Of a DNA stretch of 64,000 nt, positions 36,976-46,544 are shown piece after piece. Under the pieces are notes generated by a model. It was given only the letters and a program-made list of their open reading frames with translations, did no database searches and had not been told where the DNA came from. Source of the stretch: Candidatus Staskawiczbacteria bacterium. GTDB lineage: Bacteria > Patescibacteriota > Minisyncoccia > Minisyncoccales > Staskawiczbacteraceae. Each line of letters opens with the position of its first letter. The first letter of the stretch is position 1. The stretch spans positions 41,614 through 105,613 of the forward strand of contig CAIYRH010000010.1 of NCBI GenBank assembly GCA_903928565.1, given 5' to 3'. The position numbers were made by a program, and so were the translations under genes.

Positions 36976-38496
36976 ATGCTTAAACTTATTGACGACTTCT
37001 TAAATAAGACCACAATGTATAGGCTGCTAATTTATTGCCTGTCGTTTTTGGTTTTGACGGCATTAATTTTCAGTGCTTTGGGAGTAATGTCTTTTAAGCC
37101 GGCGAACTTCATTTTTTCAACAATTTTTTTGATTTTCTTCTGCCTTTTTACAAACTGGGTTTTTGCCAAAGTTTTTGAAGCGCCTTCAAACATTGAATCT
37201 GTTTACATAACCGCCCTTATTTTAACTCTTATAATAGACCCAATTCAGTCGTTAAACCAAGTTTTGTTTTTGTTTTTTGTGAGCGGTTTGGCAATGGCTT
37301 CAAAATATATTTTGGCCATAATTAAAAAGCATATTTTTAATCCAGTGGCAGTGGCGGTTGTTATTACTGCTTTAGCTATGGGGCAATCAGCAAGTTGGTG
37401 GGTGGGGAATTTGTATATGGCGCCGTTTGTTATAATTGCCGGAATATTAATTACCAGAAAAATTAGAAGGGCAGACATGGTCGTCACTTTTTTTGTAGTG
37501 GCGTCTGCAGTTACCATAATTAATAGTATTTTAACTGGAACCGATGTAATTAAAGCTATAGAGTTTATACTGGTTTACTCTTTTTTGCCTTTCCTGGGTT
37601 TTGTAATGTTAACAGAACCCATGACAACTCCGCCCTCTAAAAAATTGCGAATAGTTTATGGGGCATTTGTTGGATTCTTATGCGTGCCTTCGGTGCATTT
37701 TGGGAGCACATATTTTACGCCCGAAATAGCCCTTTTAATTGGAAACGTATTTTCATATTTTGCCAGTCCAAAACTAAAATTAATTTTAACCTTAAAAGAA
37801 AAAACAAAAATTGCTAACAACACTTTCGACTTTGTTTTTAAGCCCAACAGAAGGTTAAAATTTAAACCTGGTCAATATTTAGAATGGACCTTGGGGCATG
37901 AAAGAATGGATAACAGGGGAATGAGAAGATATTTCACAATTGCATCTTCGCCAACTGAAGACAAATTAACAATGGGCGTGAAATTTTATGATAAGCCCAG
38001 TTCGTATAAGCAGGCGCTAGTTGCTTTAAATTTAGAAGATACGCTTGTAGCTTCTCAATTGGCGGGGGAGTTTGTATTGCCAAAAGATAAAAACAAAAAG
38101 CTGGTTTTTATTGCGGGTGGAATTGGAGTTACGCCCTTTAGAAGTATGATAAAATATTTGATAGATAAAAATGAAAAAAGAGATATTATTATTTTCTATT
38201 CCAACAACACAGTAAATGAAATAGCTTACAAAGACATTTTTGACCAAGCTTATGAAAAACTGGGCATTAGAACTATTTATTGCCTAAGTGATTCAAATTC
38301 CATGTCTACTGGGTGGGAAGGTGAGTGTGGATTTGTTAACAACGAAATGATTACAAAATATGCTCCAGATTTTAAAAACAGAATGTTTTACATTTCTGGT
38401 CCACGGTCAATGATACTTTCTTTTCAAGAAACTTTAAAAAACGCAGGAGTGCCTAAAAACCATATAAAGACAGATTTCTTTCCAGGTTTTGCATAA
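36976..38496 (+). CDS. RnfD/NqrB-like membrane domain fused to an FNR-type NAD(P)H oxidoreductase
   Basis: KHIFNP and TEPMTTP in the TM part; RYFTIAS, IAGGIGVTP, YISGP at the C-terminus. Confidence 0.85.
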   Translation: MLKLIDDFLNKTTMYRLLIYCLSFLVLTALIFSALGVMSFKPANFIFSTIFLIFFCLFTNWVFAKVFEAPSNIESVYITALILTLIIDPIQSLNQVLFLFFVSGLAMASKYILAIIKKHIFNPVAVAVVITALAMGQSASWWVGNLYMAPFVIIAGILITRKIRRADMVVTFFVVASAVTIINSILTGTDVIKAIEFILVYSFLPFLGFVMLTEPMTTPPSKKLRIVYGAFVGFLCVPSVHFGSTYFTPEIALLIGNVFSYFASPKLKLILTLKEKTKIANNTFDFVFKPNRRLKFKPGQYLEWTLGHERMDNRGMRRYFTIASSPTEDKLTMGVKFYDKPSSYKQALVALNLEDTLVASQLAGEFVLPKDKNKKLVFIAGGIGVTPFRSMIKYLIDKNEKRDIIIFYSNNTVNEIAYKDIFDQAYEKLGIRTIYCLSDSNSMSTGWEGECGFVNNEMITKYAPDFKNRMFYISGPRSMILSFQETLKNAGVPKNHIKTDFFPGFA

Positions 38497-38560
38497 TATT
38501 GTATTGACATGTTAAATGTGCTATTATTAATTATTAGTAATAATTATTGATAAGAAAATA

Positions 38561-39106
38561 ATGTTTGAAGACGAAGAATTAATAAAACAATACTTAAAGG
38601 GCAATAATCTTGCTTTGGAAGCCCTTATTGGTAAATATTTAAAACCAATATACAATTTTTCCTTTAAAAATGTGGGCAACGAAGCAAATGCTGAAGACAT
38701 AACTCAAGAAGTTTTTATTAAGGTTTGGAAAAATATTAAAAAATTTGACCAAACTAAAAAGTTTAAACCATGGATTTTCCAAATAGCCAAAAATACTTCA
38801 ATTGATTTCTTAAGAAAGAAAAAAACCATTCCATTCTCAAGATTTGAAAATGAAAAAGGGCAAAATGTATTAACGGAAAACATGGCGGCAAAACCCCTTA
38901 ACTTATTAGAACAATTAAGCGACAAAAAAACAGTTTTAGTTGCTATGGGAAATTTGTCGTATAAAGAGCAAAAACTCATTACTCTTAGGCACACTGACGG
39001 GCTGAGTTTTAGGGAAATTGCCGAAGCCTTTCAGGAGTCTGTTAACACAATAAAAAGCAGATATCGCAGAAGTTTGGTGAATTTGAAGAAGAATATACGC
39101 ACCTAA
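38561..39106 (+). CDS. ECF RNA polymerase sigma factor
   Basis: AEDITQEVFIKVW, FKPWIFQIAKN, LSFREIAE..NTIKSR. Confidence 0.92.
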   Translation: MFEDEELIKQYLKGNNLALEALIGKYLKPIYNFSFKNVGNEANAEDITQEVFIKVWKNIKKFDQTKKFKPWIFQIAKNTSIDFLRKKKTIPFSRFENEKGQNVLTENMAAKPLNLLEQLSDKKTVLVAMGNLSYKEQKLITLRHTDGLSFREIAEAFQESVNTIKSRYRRSLVNLKKNIRT

Positions 39107-39132
39107 CTCTCTCTGGGTTCCGTATAATTTAT

Positions 39133-39519
39133 ATGGAAACTAGATTTAGCATAAATCCACCTCAGGGATTATTAGAAAAAATAATCAAACGCATCCGCAG
39201 AAAGGAGCGTGTTTTGGTTTTAAGAAAAACCGTTATTTTTTCAGCTACTTTAGTTTTGTCGGTGGTTTGTTTTGTGCCGGCTTTCAAAATACTATTGTCT
39301 AATGCTAGTCAGTCGGGGTTTATTAATTTTTTCTCTTTAATATTCTCTGATTTCTCTTCGGTGGCAACTTATTGGAAAAGTTTTGCAATGACTCTTTTGG
39401 AAACATTACCGGCGGTTAGCTTGGCATTTTTTATGGCGGTTTTACTTACGTTTTTGCAATCAATTAAATCTCTCACAAAAAATATAAAATTAATATATGG
39501 ACACAGACAAACTATTTGA
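39133..39519 (+). CDS. Putative membrane anti-sigma factor
   Basis: Follows the ECF sigma; PPQGL..KII start and TM segments. Confidence 0.55.
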   Translation: METRFSINPPQGLLEKIIKRIRRKERVLVLRKTVIFSATLVLSVVCFVPAFKILLSNASQSGFINFFSLIFSDFSSVATYWKSFAMTLLETLPAVSLAFFMAVLLTFLQSIKSLTKNIKLIYGHRQTI

Positions 39520-39961
39520 ATCAAAATTATTTAAAATAATTGTCTTTAGCATTGCGGGACTAATTGTTTTAGTTTTTGTTTTTGGAATGGGGGTTTATGT
39601 GGGCGCCAAAAAGGCCGAATTTTCCTTTAAATGGGCAAACGAATACCACCGTAATTTTGGTGGCCCTCAAGGCGGTTTTCTAGGTGGCATGATGAGCCAA
39701 GAATTTACCGAAGCCAATGGCGTTTTTGGGCAAATAATAAAAATAGATAATCAATCTGTCACTATAAAGGGCAGGGACAATGTTGAAAAAGTTGTTTTGA
39801 TAAACAGCAAAACGTCTATTGTTTACCAGAGAAAAAACGTAGATTTATCTGGACTTAAAATTGGAGATAGTGCAGTTGTAATTGGAGAACCAAATAATTC
39901 CGGGCAAATAGATGCGGAATTAATTAGGGTTATTCCAGCTCCACCGGTGCTACCTCAATAA
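39497..39961 (+). CDS. Membrane-anchored DUF5666-like OB-fold protein
   Basis: TM, GQIIKID, LKIGDSAVVIG, IDAELIR. Confidence 0.6.
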   Translation: MDTDKLFESKLFKIIVFSIAGLIVLVFVFGMGVYVGAKKAEFSFKWANEYHRNFGGPQGGFLGGMMSQEFTEANGVFGQIIKIDNQSVTIKGRDNVEKVVLINSKTSIVYQRKNVDLSGLKIGDSAVVIGEPNNSGQIDAELIRVIPAPPVLPQ

Positions 39962-39977
39962 AATTAATTTTTTTAAC

Positions 39978-41690
39978 ATGAATTTTTTTACAAAAATAAA
40001 GGAAATCATTTTCAAATATAAAAAAACAAGCATAGTTGTAATTTTAGTTTTATTAGGCGTGGGGTATTTTTGGTATCAGTCGTCAACCAGCGCAAAAGGG
40101 GTAAGCAAATATGTTTTGGCAGAAGTTGTTAAGGGAACTGTTATTTCTTCTGTTTCTGGTACTGGGCAAGTTTCGGCATTAAATCAAATAGATATTAAAC
40201 CGGAAACTTCTGGGCAACTTGTTTACTTAAACATTTCAAAAAATACACAGGTTAAAGCAGGAACCTTGTTGGCACAAATTCAGTCTAGGGATGCTCAAAA
40301 AGCTGTTCAAAGTGCTAAAAATGATTTGGCAACTGCTGAATTATCTTCTCAAGATATTGGAGGGCCAGCGGGTGACGCTTTAAAAACTTCTTATAGTAAT
40401 GCCTTAGATGCCTTAACCACCACTTTTAATGATTTGGTGGCAATGAAAGCAAATTTAGATGCGATGTTTTTGGAAAGCAGTTACCACGGTAGCGACAGCG
40501 ATATAAATTATTACATTGGTTTTGTGCGATATTACGATACAAATACTACAAATGAATTAAGCTATTGGAATACTGACGCTAAGAAAAAATATACAGACAT
40601 GCAAACCAAATTAGACGCACTTGAAGCAGGAGCTTGGAAATTAAACACTGCTTCGGTACCAGCTCAAATTGAAAGCGCAGTAAACGACAGTTATTCTGCC
40701 ACAAATGATTTTACAGATTTAATTCGTCAAGTATCAAATTTAATTCAAAGATATCAAAAAATTTCTAGCGCAGAAAGCTTAACAACTCCAATATCTTCAA
40801 CAACAACTACCAACCAAACAACTCAACTAAGCGGTGCGCTTTCAACATTAACAAAAGATTCAACAGCGCTTTATACGGCAAAAACCGATATTACTACAAG
40901 AAAACAAGCTTTTGCAAAAGTTGGAGTTGACACTCAAGCTCAAAATTTAAATATTTTGCAATATCAAAATGCTTTAGCAGATGCACAAAATACTTTAGCA
41001 AAATATTTTGTATATGCACCCATAGATGGAATTATTTCTGCTTATGATACTACTGTTAAAGTGGGCGACAATGTTTCAGCAGGTGTAGTTTTGGGTTCGA
41101 TTATAAGCAAACAAGATGTTGTTGAGATTTCTTTAAGTGAAGTTGATGCAGTGAAAGTTAAGAAAGGTCAAAAGACAACAATTACGTTTGATGCTTTGCC
41201 AGATTTAACTGCAACCGGTTCTGTGGAAGACATTGATTCTGTGGGAACAACCACTCAGGGCGTTGTTAGTTATGGTGTAAAAATTGCGTTAGACGTAAAC
41301 GACGCTCAAATAAAACCTGGCATGAGTGCCAGCGTGAATGTTATTACAAACACCAGGCAAAATGTTTTAACTGTTCCAAACAGCGCTGTAAAATCAAAAA
41401 ATGGAGTTGATTATGTTTTAGTTTTAAATCAAAAACAAGATTTAACCAGCGCAACTGCCAGCCAGGGATTTGTTTCAACCGTAGCACCAACTCAAAAAAC
41501 AGTTGAAATAGGTTTAGCCGACGACACAAATACAGAAATAACCAGCGGGTTAGTCGAGGGCGACCAAGTTGTTTCTAGAACAATTACTGCCACAAAAACC
41601 ACGGCAACTGCTACGTCGACTACTACAAGTCGAACAACTAGACAAGCAACCCAAAGTTTGACTGGTGGTGCTCCTCCTGGTGGATTTTAA
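39978..41690 (+). CDS. MacA-like efflux periplasmic adaptor with long coiled coil
   Basis: SGTGQV, APIDG, SEVD, IKPGMSA, VPNSAV, GLVEGD. Confidence 0.88.
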   Translation: MNFFTKIKEIIFKYKKTSIVVILVLLGVGYFWYQSSTSAKGVSKYVLAEVVKGTVISSVSGTGQVSALNQIDIKPETSGQLVYLNISKNTQVKAGTLLAQIQSRDAQKAVQSAKNDLATAELSSQDIGGPAGDALKTSYSNALDALTTTFNDLVAMKANLDAMFLESSYHGSDSDINYYIGFVRYYDTNTTNELSYWNTDAKKKYTDMQTKLDALEAGAWKLNTASVPAQIESAVNDSYSATNDFTDLIRQVSNLIQRYQKISSAESLTTPISSTTTTNQTTQLSGALSTLTKDSTALYTAKTDITTRKQAFAKVGVDTQAQNLNILQYQNALADAQNTLAKYFVYAPIDGIISAYDTTVKVGDNVSAGVVLGSIISKQDVVEISLSEVDAVKVKKGQKTTITFDALPDLTATGSVEDIDSVGTTTQGVVSYGVKIALDVNDAQIKPGMSASVNVITNTRQNVLTVPNSAVKSKNGVDYVLVLNQKQDLTSATASQGFVSTVAPTQKTVEIGLADDTNTEITSGLVEGDQVVSRTITATKTTATATSTTTSRTTRQATQSLTGGAPPGGF

Positions 41691-41701
41691 TTAAAATTTA
41701 G

Positions 41702-42394
41702 ATGATAGAAATAAAAGATTTAATAAAAATTTATAATTCGGGAAGTGTGGGGTTTCAGGCTCTCTCGGGAGTAAATTTTTCAATTAAAGACGGAGAATTT
41801 GTGGCAATTATGGGGCCTTCTGGGTCGGGCAAATCAACCTTAATGCATATTTTAGGATGCCTAGACACGCCAACTAGCGGTACATATTTTTTAGATGGCA
41901 AAGATGTTTCAACTTTAAATGAAGACGAGTTGGCGGAAATAAGAAAAAATAAAATTGGATTTGTTTTTCAGGCATTCAACCTTTTGCCAAGAACTACTGC
42001 CTTAAGAAATGTTTCGTTGCCTTTAGTTTATGCTGAAGTTGACCCAATTGAGCGCGAGAAAAAAGCAAAAGAGTCATTAAAATCGGCCGGTTTAGATGAA
42101 GAATTTTTTGATCATTTGTCTAACCAATTATCGGGCGGACAAATTCAAAGAGTTGCCATTGCCAGAGCGTTGGTTAACAACCCTAAATTAATTTTAGCCG
42201 ACGAACCAACCGGAAACCTAGATTCTAAAACCGGAGAAATTGTTTTGGAGACTTTTAGAAAATTAAATAAAGAACACGGAAGAACAATTATTTTAATAAC
42301 TCACGAGCACGAAGTTGCCGAACACGCAGACAGAATTATTTCACTAAAAGACGGGCTAATTATTAGCGATTCTGGCGCACATAAAAAAAAGTAA
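41702..42394 (+). CDS. MacB/LolD-type ABC ATPase
   Basis: GPSGSGKS, LSGGQ, ADEPTGNLD. Confidence 0.93.
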   Translation: MIEIKDLIKIYNSGSVGFQALSGVNFSIKDGEFVAIMGPSGSGKSTLMHILGCLDTPTSGTYFLDGKDVSTLNEDELAEIRKNKIGFVFQAFNLLPRTTALRNVSLPLVYAEVDPIEREKKAKESLKSAGLDEEFFDHLSNQLSGGQIQRVAIARALVNNPKLILADEPTGNLDSKTGEIVLETFRKLNKEHGRTIILITHEHEVAEHADRIISLKDGLIISDSGAHKKK

Positions 42395-42398
42395 AGTT

Positions 42399-43631
42399 AT
42401 GAAATTAAAAGATACTCTAGAAGAAACATTTTTAGCACTTTTGGCAAACAAAGCCCGCACAGCTTTAACTATTTTGGGTATTGTTATTGGAATAAGTTCG
42501 GTAATTGTTATGGTGTCTGTGGGGCAGGGGGCAACTGGGTCAATCCAGGCCAGCATTGAATCAACCGGCTCTAACCTTTTAATGATAACTCCAGGTGCTG
42601 CAAGAACTTTTGGGGCTGGAGTGCGGTCGGCGGGAGGGACAGCGCAATCACTTACAGTTGACGACGCCAACGCCATTGCCAGCCAAGTTGCTTCTGTGCA
42701 ATACATGACACCGGAAGTTTCGGGAAGATACCAAGTTGTATATAAAGGAAACAATACAAATACTTCAATAATGGGAACCAGCGATAGTTACACGCAAGTT
42801 AGAAATTTAAGCATAGACCAAGGGGTTTTTATTACCACCCAAGATGTTGAAAGCGCGTCAAAGGTTGCTGTTGTTGGGCCAACAGTTGTTACAGATTTGT
42901 TTGGCACAGATGCTGTGGCTTCAGATGCAATTGGCCAAACAATAAAAATAAATAAAATACAGTTTCAAATTGTGGGCGTAACAGTTGCAAAAGGTGGTAG
43001 CGGTTTCCAAAACCAAGACGACAGAATTTATATTCCATACACTGTTTCGCAAAGATATTTTACAGGGAACAAATATTTGTCAGAAATTGATTTACAAATT
43101 GCTAGCCCAGACCAAATGACCACAGCTCAAAATGATGTTACAAGTTTGTTGCTAACGCGTCACAACATTGCAGACCCAACTTCCGCAGATTTTACCGTTC
43201 AAAACCAAGCCGACATTTTGTCTTCTATTTCTAGCGTAAGCCAAACCTTAACAATTTTATTGGGTGCAATTGCCGGAATTTCTTTATTAGTTGGTGGAAT
43301 TGGAATTATGAATATGATGCTAACAACTGTTACCGAAAGAACAAAAGAAATTGGTTTGCGCAAAGCCATTGGAGCAAAAGCCAAAGATATTACTTTTCAA
43401 TTTTTAACAGAAGCAGTTGTGTTAACTTTTTCGGGTGGAGTAATTGGAGTTTTTTTGGGGTGGGTAATTTCGTGGGGTGTTAAATATTTTAATTTGTACC
43501 AAACAAAAGTTTCGTTGTTGTCCATTGTTTTGGCAGTTGTGGTTTCGGGCGCAATTGGAATTGTTTTTGGGTATTATCCGGCCAAGCGTGCAGCAAAATT
43601 AAATCCAATAGAAGCATTAAGATATGAGTAA
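42399..43631 (+). CDS. MacB-type ABC permease
   Basis: [41 protein letters not shown]. Confidence 0.93.
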   Translation: MKLKDTLEETFLALLANKARTALTILGIVIGISSVIVMVSVGQGATGSIQASIESTGSNLLMITPGAARTFGAGVRSAGGTAQSLTVDDANAIASQVASVQYMTPEVSGRYQVVYKGNNTNTSIMGTSDSYTQVRNLSIDQGVFITTQDVESASKVAVVGPTVVTDLFGTDAVASDAIGQTIKINKIQFQIVGVTVAKGGSGFQNQDDRIYIPYTVSQRYFTGNKYLSEIDLQIASPDQMTTAQNDVTSLLLTRHNIADPTSADFTVQNQADILSSISSVSQTLTILLGAIAGISLLVGGIGIMNMMLTTVTERTKEIGLRKAIGAKAKDITFQFLTEAVVLTFSGGVIGVFLGWVISWGVKYFNLYQTKVSLLSIVLAVVVSGAIGIVFGYYPAKRAAKLNPIEALRYE

Positions 43632-43657
43632 AAATTAATATTAAAAAAATAAAAAAT

Positions 43658-44089
43658 ATGAAAAAAAATATTTTGATCGTGAGTATTATTATTTTAATTG
43701 TAGCCGGTGGGGCATTTTATGGTGGAATGCTTTATGGCAAAAGCCAGAATGCGCGCCCAAATTTTGGCAATGGAACTTTCCAAACCAGAATTAATAGGGC
43801 CGGAGCCAATGGGGGTTTTATTTCTGGCACAATACTTTCTAAAGACGCCAGTAGCATTACAGTGCAACTTCAAAATGGAAGCGGTTCAAAAATAATATTT
43901 TATTCAGACACAACATCTGTTGGAAAAATGACTGAAGGTACAGCAAATGATTTGGCGGTTGGAACTTCGGTGAGCGTTATGGGCACAACTAATTCCGATG
44001 GAAGCGTAACTGCTCAAAGTATTCAAATTCGGCCAGCTGGGCAAGGAAAGCCAATGAGCCCATCTTCGGTTGATACAGCTGTTCAATAA
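43658..44089 (+). CDS. Membrane-anchored DUF5666-like protein
   Basis: [29 protein letters not shown]. Confidence 0.65.
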   Translation: MKKNILIVSIIILIVAGGAFYGGMLYGKSQNARPNFGNGTFQTRINRAGANGGFISGTILSKDASSITVQLQNGSGSKIIFYSDTTSVGKMTEGTANDLAVGTSVSVMGTTNSDGSVTAQSIQIRPAGQGKPMSPSSVDTAVQ

Positions 44090-44098
44090 ATCGTTTTT

Positions 44099-44130
44099 AA
44101 AAGCCCGTGGCTAATTGCCGTGGGTTTTTT
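44099..44130 (+). terminator. Intrinsic terminator
   Basis: aagcccgtggc-taatt-gccgtgggtttttt. Confidence 0.65.
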
Positions 44131-44131
44131 C

Positions 44132-44262
44132 TTGCAATTTTTTTCACTTTGATTTAATCTAAAAATGATCAACGCGAGGCAGTTCTCGCGCTGACGCATC
44201 TTGATAATCAAGTTCTTTTTTACCAACCCCAACCAAACCAACCCCAATAGGAGGAACACGCC
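44132..44262 (+). promoter_or_regulatory. Promoter, hairpin, boxA-like motif, CCAACC tract and SD of purH
   Basis: TTGCAA-17-TAATCT; cgcgag/ctcgcg; gcatcttgataat (44196-44208); ccaaccccaaccaaaccaacccc; AGGAGG. Confidence 0.55.
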
Positions 44263-45966
44263 ATGAGTACCAACACAGCTACAAAACCCGAGAGGTTTTT
44301 CTTTTTTTCGTTGACCGACAAGGACGGTTCTATTGAATTTGCACGTCGTTTAGTGAATATTGGATGGCATGCATTGAGTGCCGGTGGAACTTGCAAAATG
44401 CTAGCGGAAGCTGGCATTCCCGTACAAGATCTTAAAGACATCGTGAAGGGCGGAGCCATTCTCGGGCACAAAGTTCTCACCTTGTCGCGGGAACTTGCCG
44501 CCAGCCTTCTGGCTGATACACTCGACCCCGAAGAATTGGCTGAATTAGTCAGCATGAATCTACCTTTCGTCGATTTCGTTTATTGCAATTTCTATGACCT
44601 CCAAAAGGCAATCAACGACGCTGCCACGCTCACGCGTGAAGAGGCGATTGCCTTAGTGATCAAGAAATTGGATATTGGTGGCCCGACTATGACGCGTGAG
44701 GCTGCCAAAGGGTTCCGGATTGTTGTTTGTCGCAAACAGGATATGGAGCTCGTGCTCTGTGAACTTGAAAAGACTGGCGACGTTTCAGTTGAAACCCGCC
44801 AAAAACTCCGCGCGCGTGCCGAGTACGAAGTTGCAACGTATGTTGCCAAGTCGGCAGTTTTTCACGGCGACGGACAATTCAATATCATTGCAGGCGAGCG
44901 CGTTTGCACATTCAAGGGCGAAAATGGTCCGCAAAGTCCCGCGGCGCTTTACAGCACTGGTAGCGAGGACCCGTTGGCCCTCGACAAGTTCGAGTTACTT
45001 GCCGGCGCAGATCCCAGCTATAATAATTGGTGCGACGTGACCAGATTGTTGGACACCATGACCCACATTGGTGCTGCATGGAAGTTGAATTTTGGGGAAG
45101 TCCCCACTATTGCCATTGGTGGTAAGCACGGCAACGCGTGCGGTGCGGCGGTAGGAACATTCGTTGCAATTGAAAATGTCGCTCAAAAAATGGTTCGTGG
45201 TGACACCCGTGCCATTTTTGGCGGGCTATGCATGATTAACAAGCCAGTGGACGAGTTTGTGGCGGTGGAAATGGCGAAAGCCATGCCGAGCAAAAAAGCC
45301 ATGTTTGACGGTGTAATTGCTCCGGAATTCGACGCTCGCGCTATTGAAGTGTTGTCGCGGTCCAAAGGCAAATGCCGGTTGATGAAAAATTCCGCATTGT
45401 TCGGATGCTCGGCTATTTTGGACACCGCACCGCGCTTTCGCTATGTGCGGGGCGGTTTCTTGGCCCAGCCCAATTACCGTTTTTTGCTGGATTTCAAAGA
45501 CCCCGATTTGAAGGTTTTCGGAGAACCTCTGGATTTGGAAACGAAAGAAGATTTGTTGCTGGCGTGGGCTATTGGTAGCACGTCTAACAGCAACACCATC
45601 ACTATTGTGAAAGATGGAATGCTCATTGGCAACGGCACAGGTCAGCAAGACCGAGTTGGTGCTGCCGAGCTTGCCATTAAGCGCGCAATTGATGCGGGCC
45701 ACGGCTCGTTTACATGGTGGGGTAAGTTGCTCCGCTTCTTGGGAGTTAACTATACTAAGAACGCACTTAAGGGGGCGGTCGCGTATAGTGATTCATTTTT
45801 CCCATTTGGTGATGGCCCCAAGATGCTACTCAAGGCTGGTGTTGAAACTATCCTTAGTACCAGTGGTAGCGTGAAGGACCAAGAGATTCAAGCCCTTTTC
45901 CTTAAGGCAGGCCGTAGGTTCGTACAGTTGCCCGATAGCAAGGCGCGTGGCTTCTACGGCCATTAA
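44263..45966 (+). CDS. purH: Divergent bifunctional AICAR transformylase/IMP cyclohydrolase
   Basis: SLTDKDG, GGT, DIGGPTM, GEN, SYNN, KHGNACG, GQQDRV, SDSFFPFGD. Confidence 0.88.
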   Translation: MSTNTATKPERFFFFSLTDKDGSIEFARRLVNIGWHALSAGGTCKMLAEAGIPVQDLKDIVKGGAILGHKVLTLSRELAASLLADTLDPEELAELVSMNLPFVDFVYCNFYDLQKAINDAATLTREEAIALVIKKLDIGGPTMTREAAKGFRIVVCRKQDMELVLCELEKTGDVSVETRQKLRARAEYEVATYVAKSAVFHGDGQFNIIAGERVCTFKGENGPQSPAALYSTGSEDPLALDKFELLAGADPSYNNWCDVTRLLDTMTHIGAAWKLNFGEVPTIAIGGKHGNACGAAVGTFVAIENVAQKMVRGDTRAIFGGLCMINKPVDEFVAVEMAKAMPSKKAMFDGVIAPEFDARAIEVLSRSKGKCRLMKNSALFGCSAILDTAPRFRYVRGGFLAQPNYRFLLDFKDPDLKVFGEPLDLETKEDLLLAWAIGSTSNSNTITIVKDGMLIGNGTGQQDRVGAAELAIKRAIDAGHGSFTWWGKLLRFLGVNYTKNALKGAVAYSDSFFPFGDGPKMLLKAGVETILSTSGSVKDQEIQALFLKAGRRFVQLPDSKARGFYGH

Positions 45967-45990
45967 GCCAGTTTGGTAAATTTTAAACAG

Positions 45991-46027
45991 GCCTCGTAGC
46001 ACATCACGTGTTGCGGGGCATTTTTTT
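45991..46027 (+). terminator. Intrinsic terminator
   Basis: gcctcgtagcac-atcac-gtgttgcggggc plus T-tract. Confidence 0.7.
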
Positions 46028-46050
46028 GTATAAAAAATACTTGCTAACTA

Positions 46051-46112
46051 TTGACAAGGGGACTTCTATAGAATATAATAGATAATCTAATAGTTAGGTA
46101 ATCAAACTATTA
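46051..46112 (+). promoter_or_regulatory. sigma70 promoter with a palindromic MarR-type operator
   Basis: TTGACA-17-TATAAT; taatagtt-N9-aactatta at 46088-46112. Confidence 0.7.
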
Positions 46113-46124
46113 ATTTTCACGCCT

Positions 46125-46544
46125 ATGCAACAAAATGAAAAACTATTATCTGCCATATTTAACGTTGGCAGACTCATAAGAGAAGAAATACATAAAAGCA
46201 ATTGCTTGGCCGATTTTACGCACACAGAAGTGGAAGTTTTGAAATTTTTGCACGGCAAAAAAAGCACAACAATGAAAGCCATTGCCGACTATTTATACAT
46301 AAAGCCATCTTCGGCAACGCCTGTAATTGAAAATTTAGTTGCAAGGGGTAGCCTAAAAAGAATAGAAAATAAAGAAGACAGAAGGGTAGTATATATAGAA
46401 TTAACTCCAAAAGGCAAAAAAACTTTAGAAAATAAATATAAAACTATACGTAAAACCGTAGATAAAATTTTCGGTAAATTAAATGCAAAAGATAAAACAA
46501 TATTAATTAAAATTTTTGAAAAAATTAACGATGAAAATATCTAA
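46125..46544 (+). CDS. MarR family regulator
   Basis: wHTH, DRRVVYIELTPKG. Confidence 0.92.
   Translation: MQQNEKLLSAIFNVGRLIREEIHKSNCLADFTHTEVEVLKFLHGKKSTTMKAIADYLYIKPSSATPVIENLVARGSLKRIENKEDRRVVYIELTPKGKKTLENKYKTIRKTVDKIFGKLNAKDKTILIKIFEKINDENI

Noticed and set aside
44160..44262. ZMP/ZTP or purine riboswitch upstream of purH
   Set aside because: No recognisable conserved aptamer sequence, only a 6-bp hairpin; an Rfam scan would settle it.
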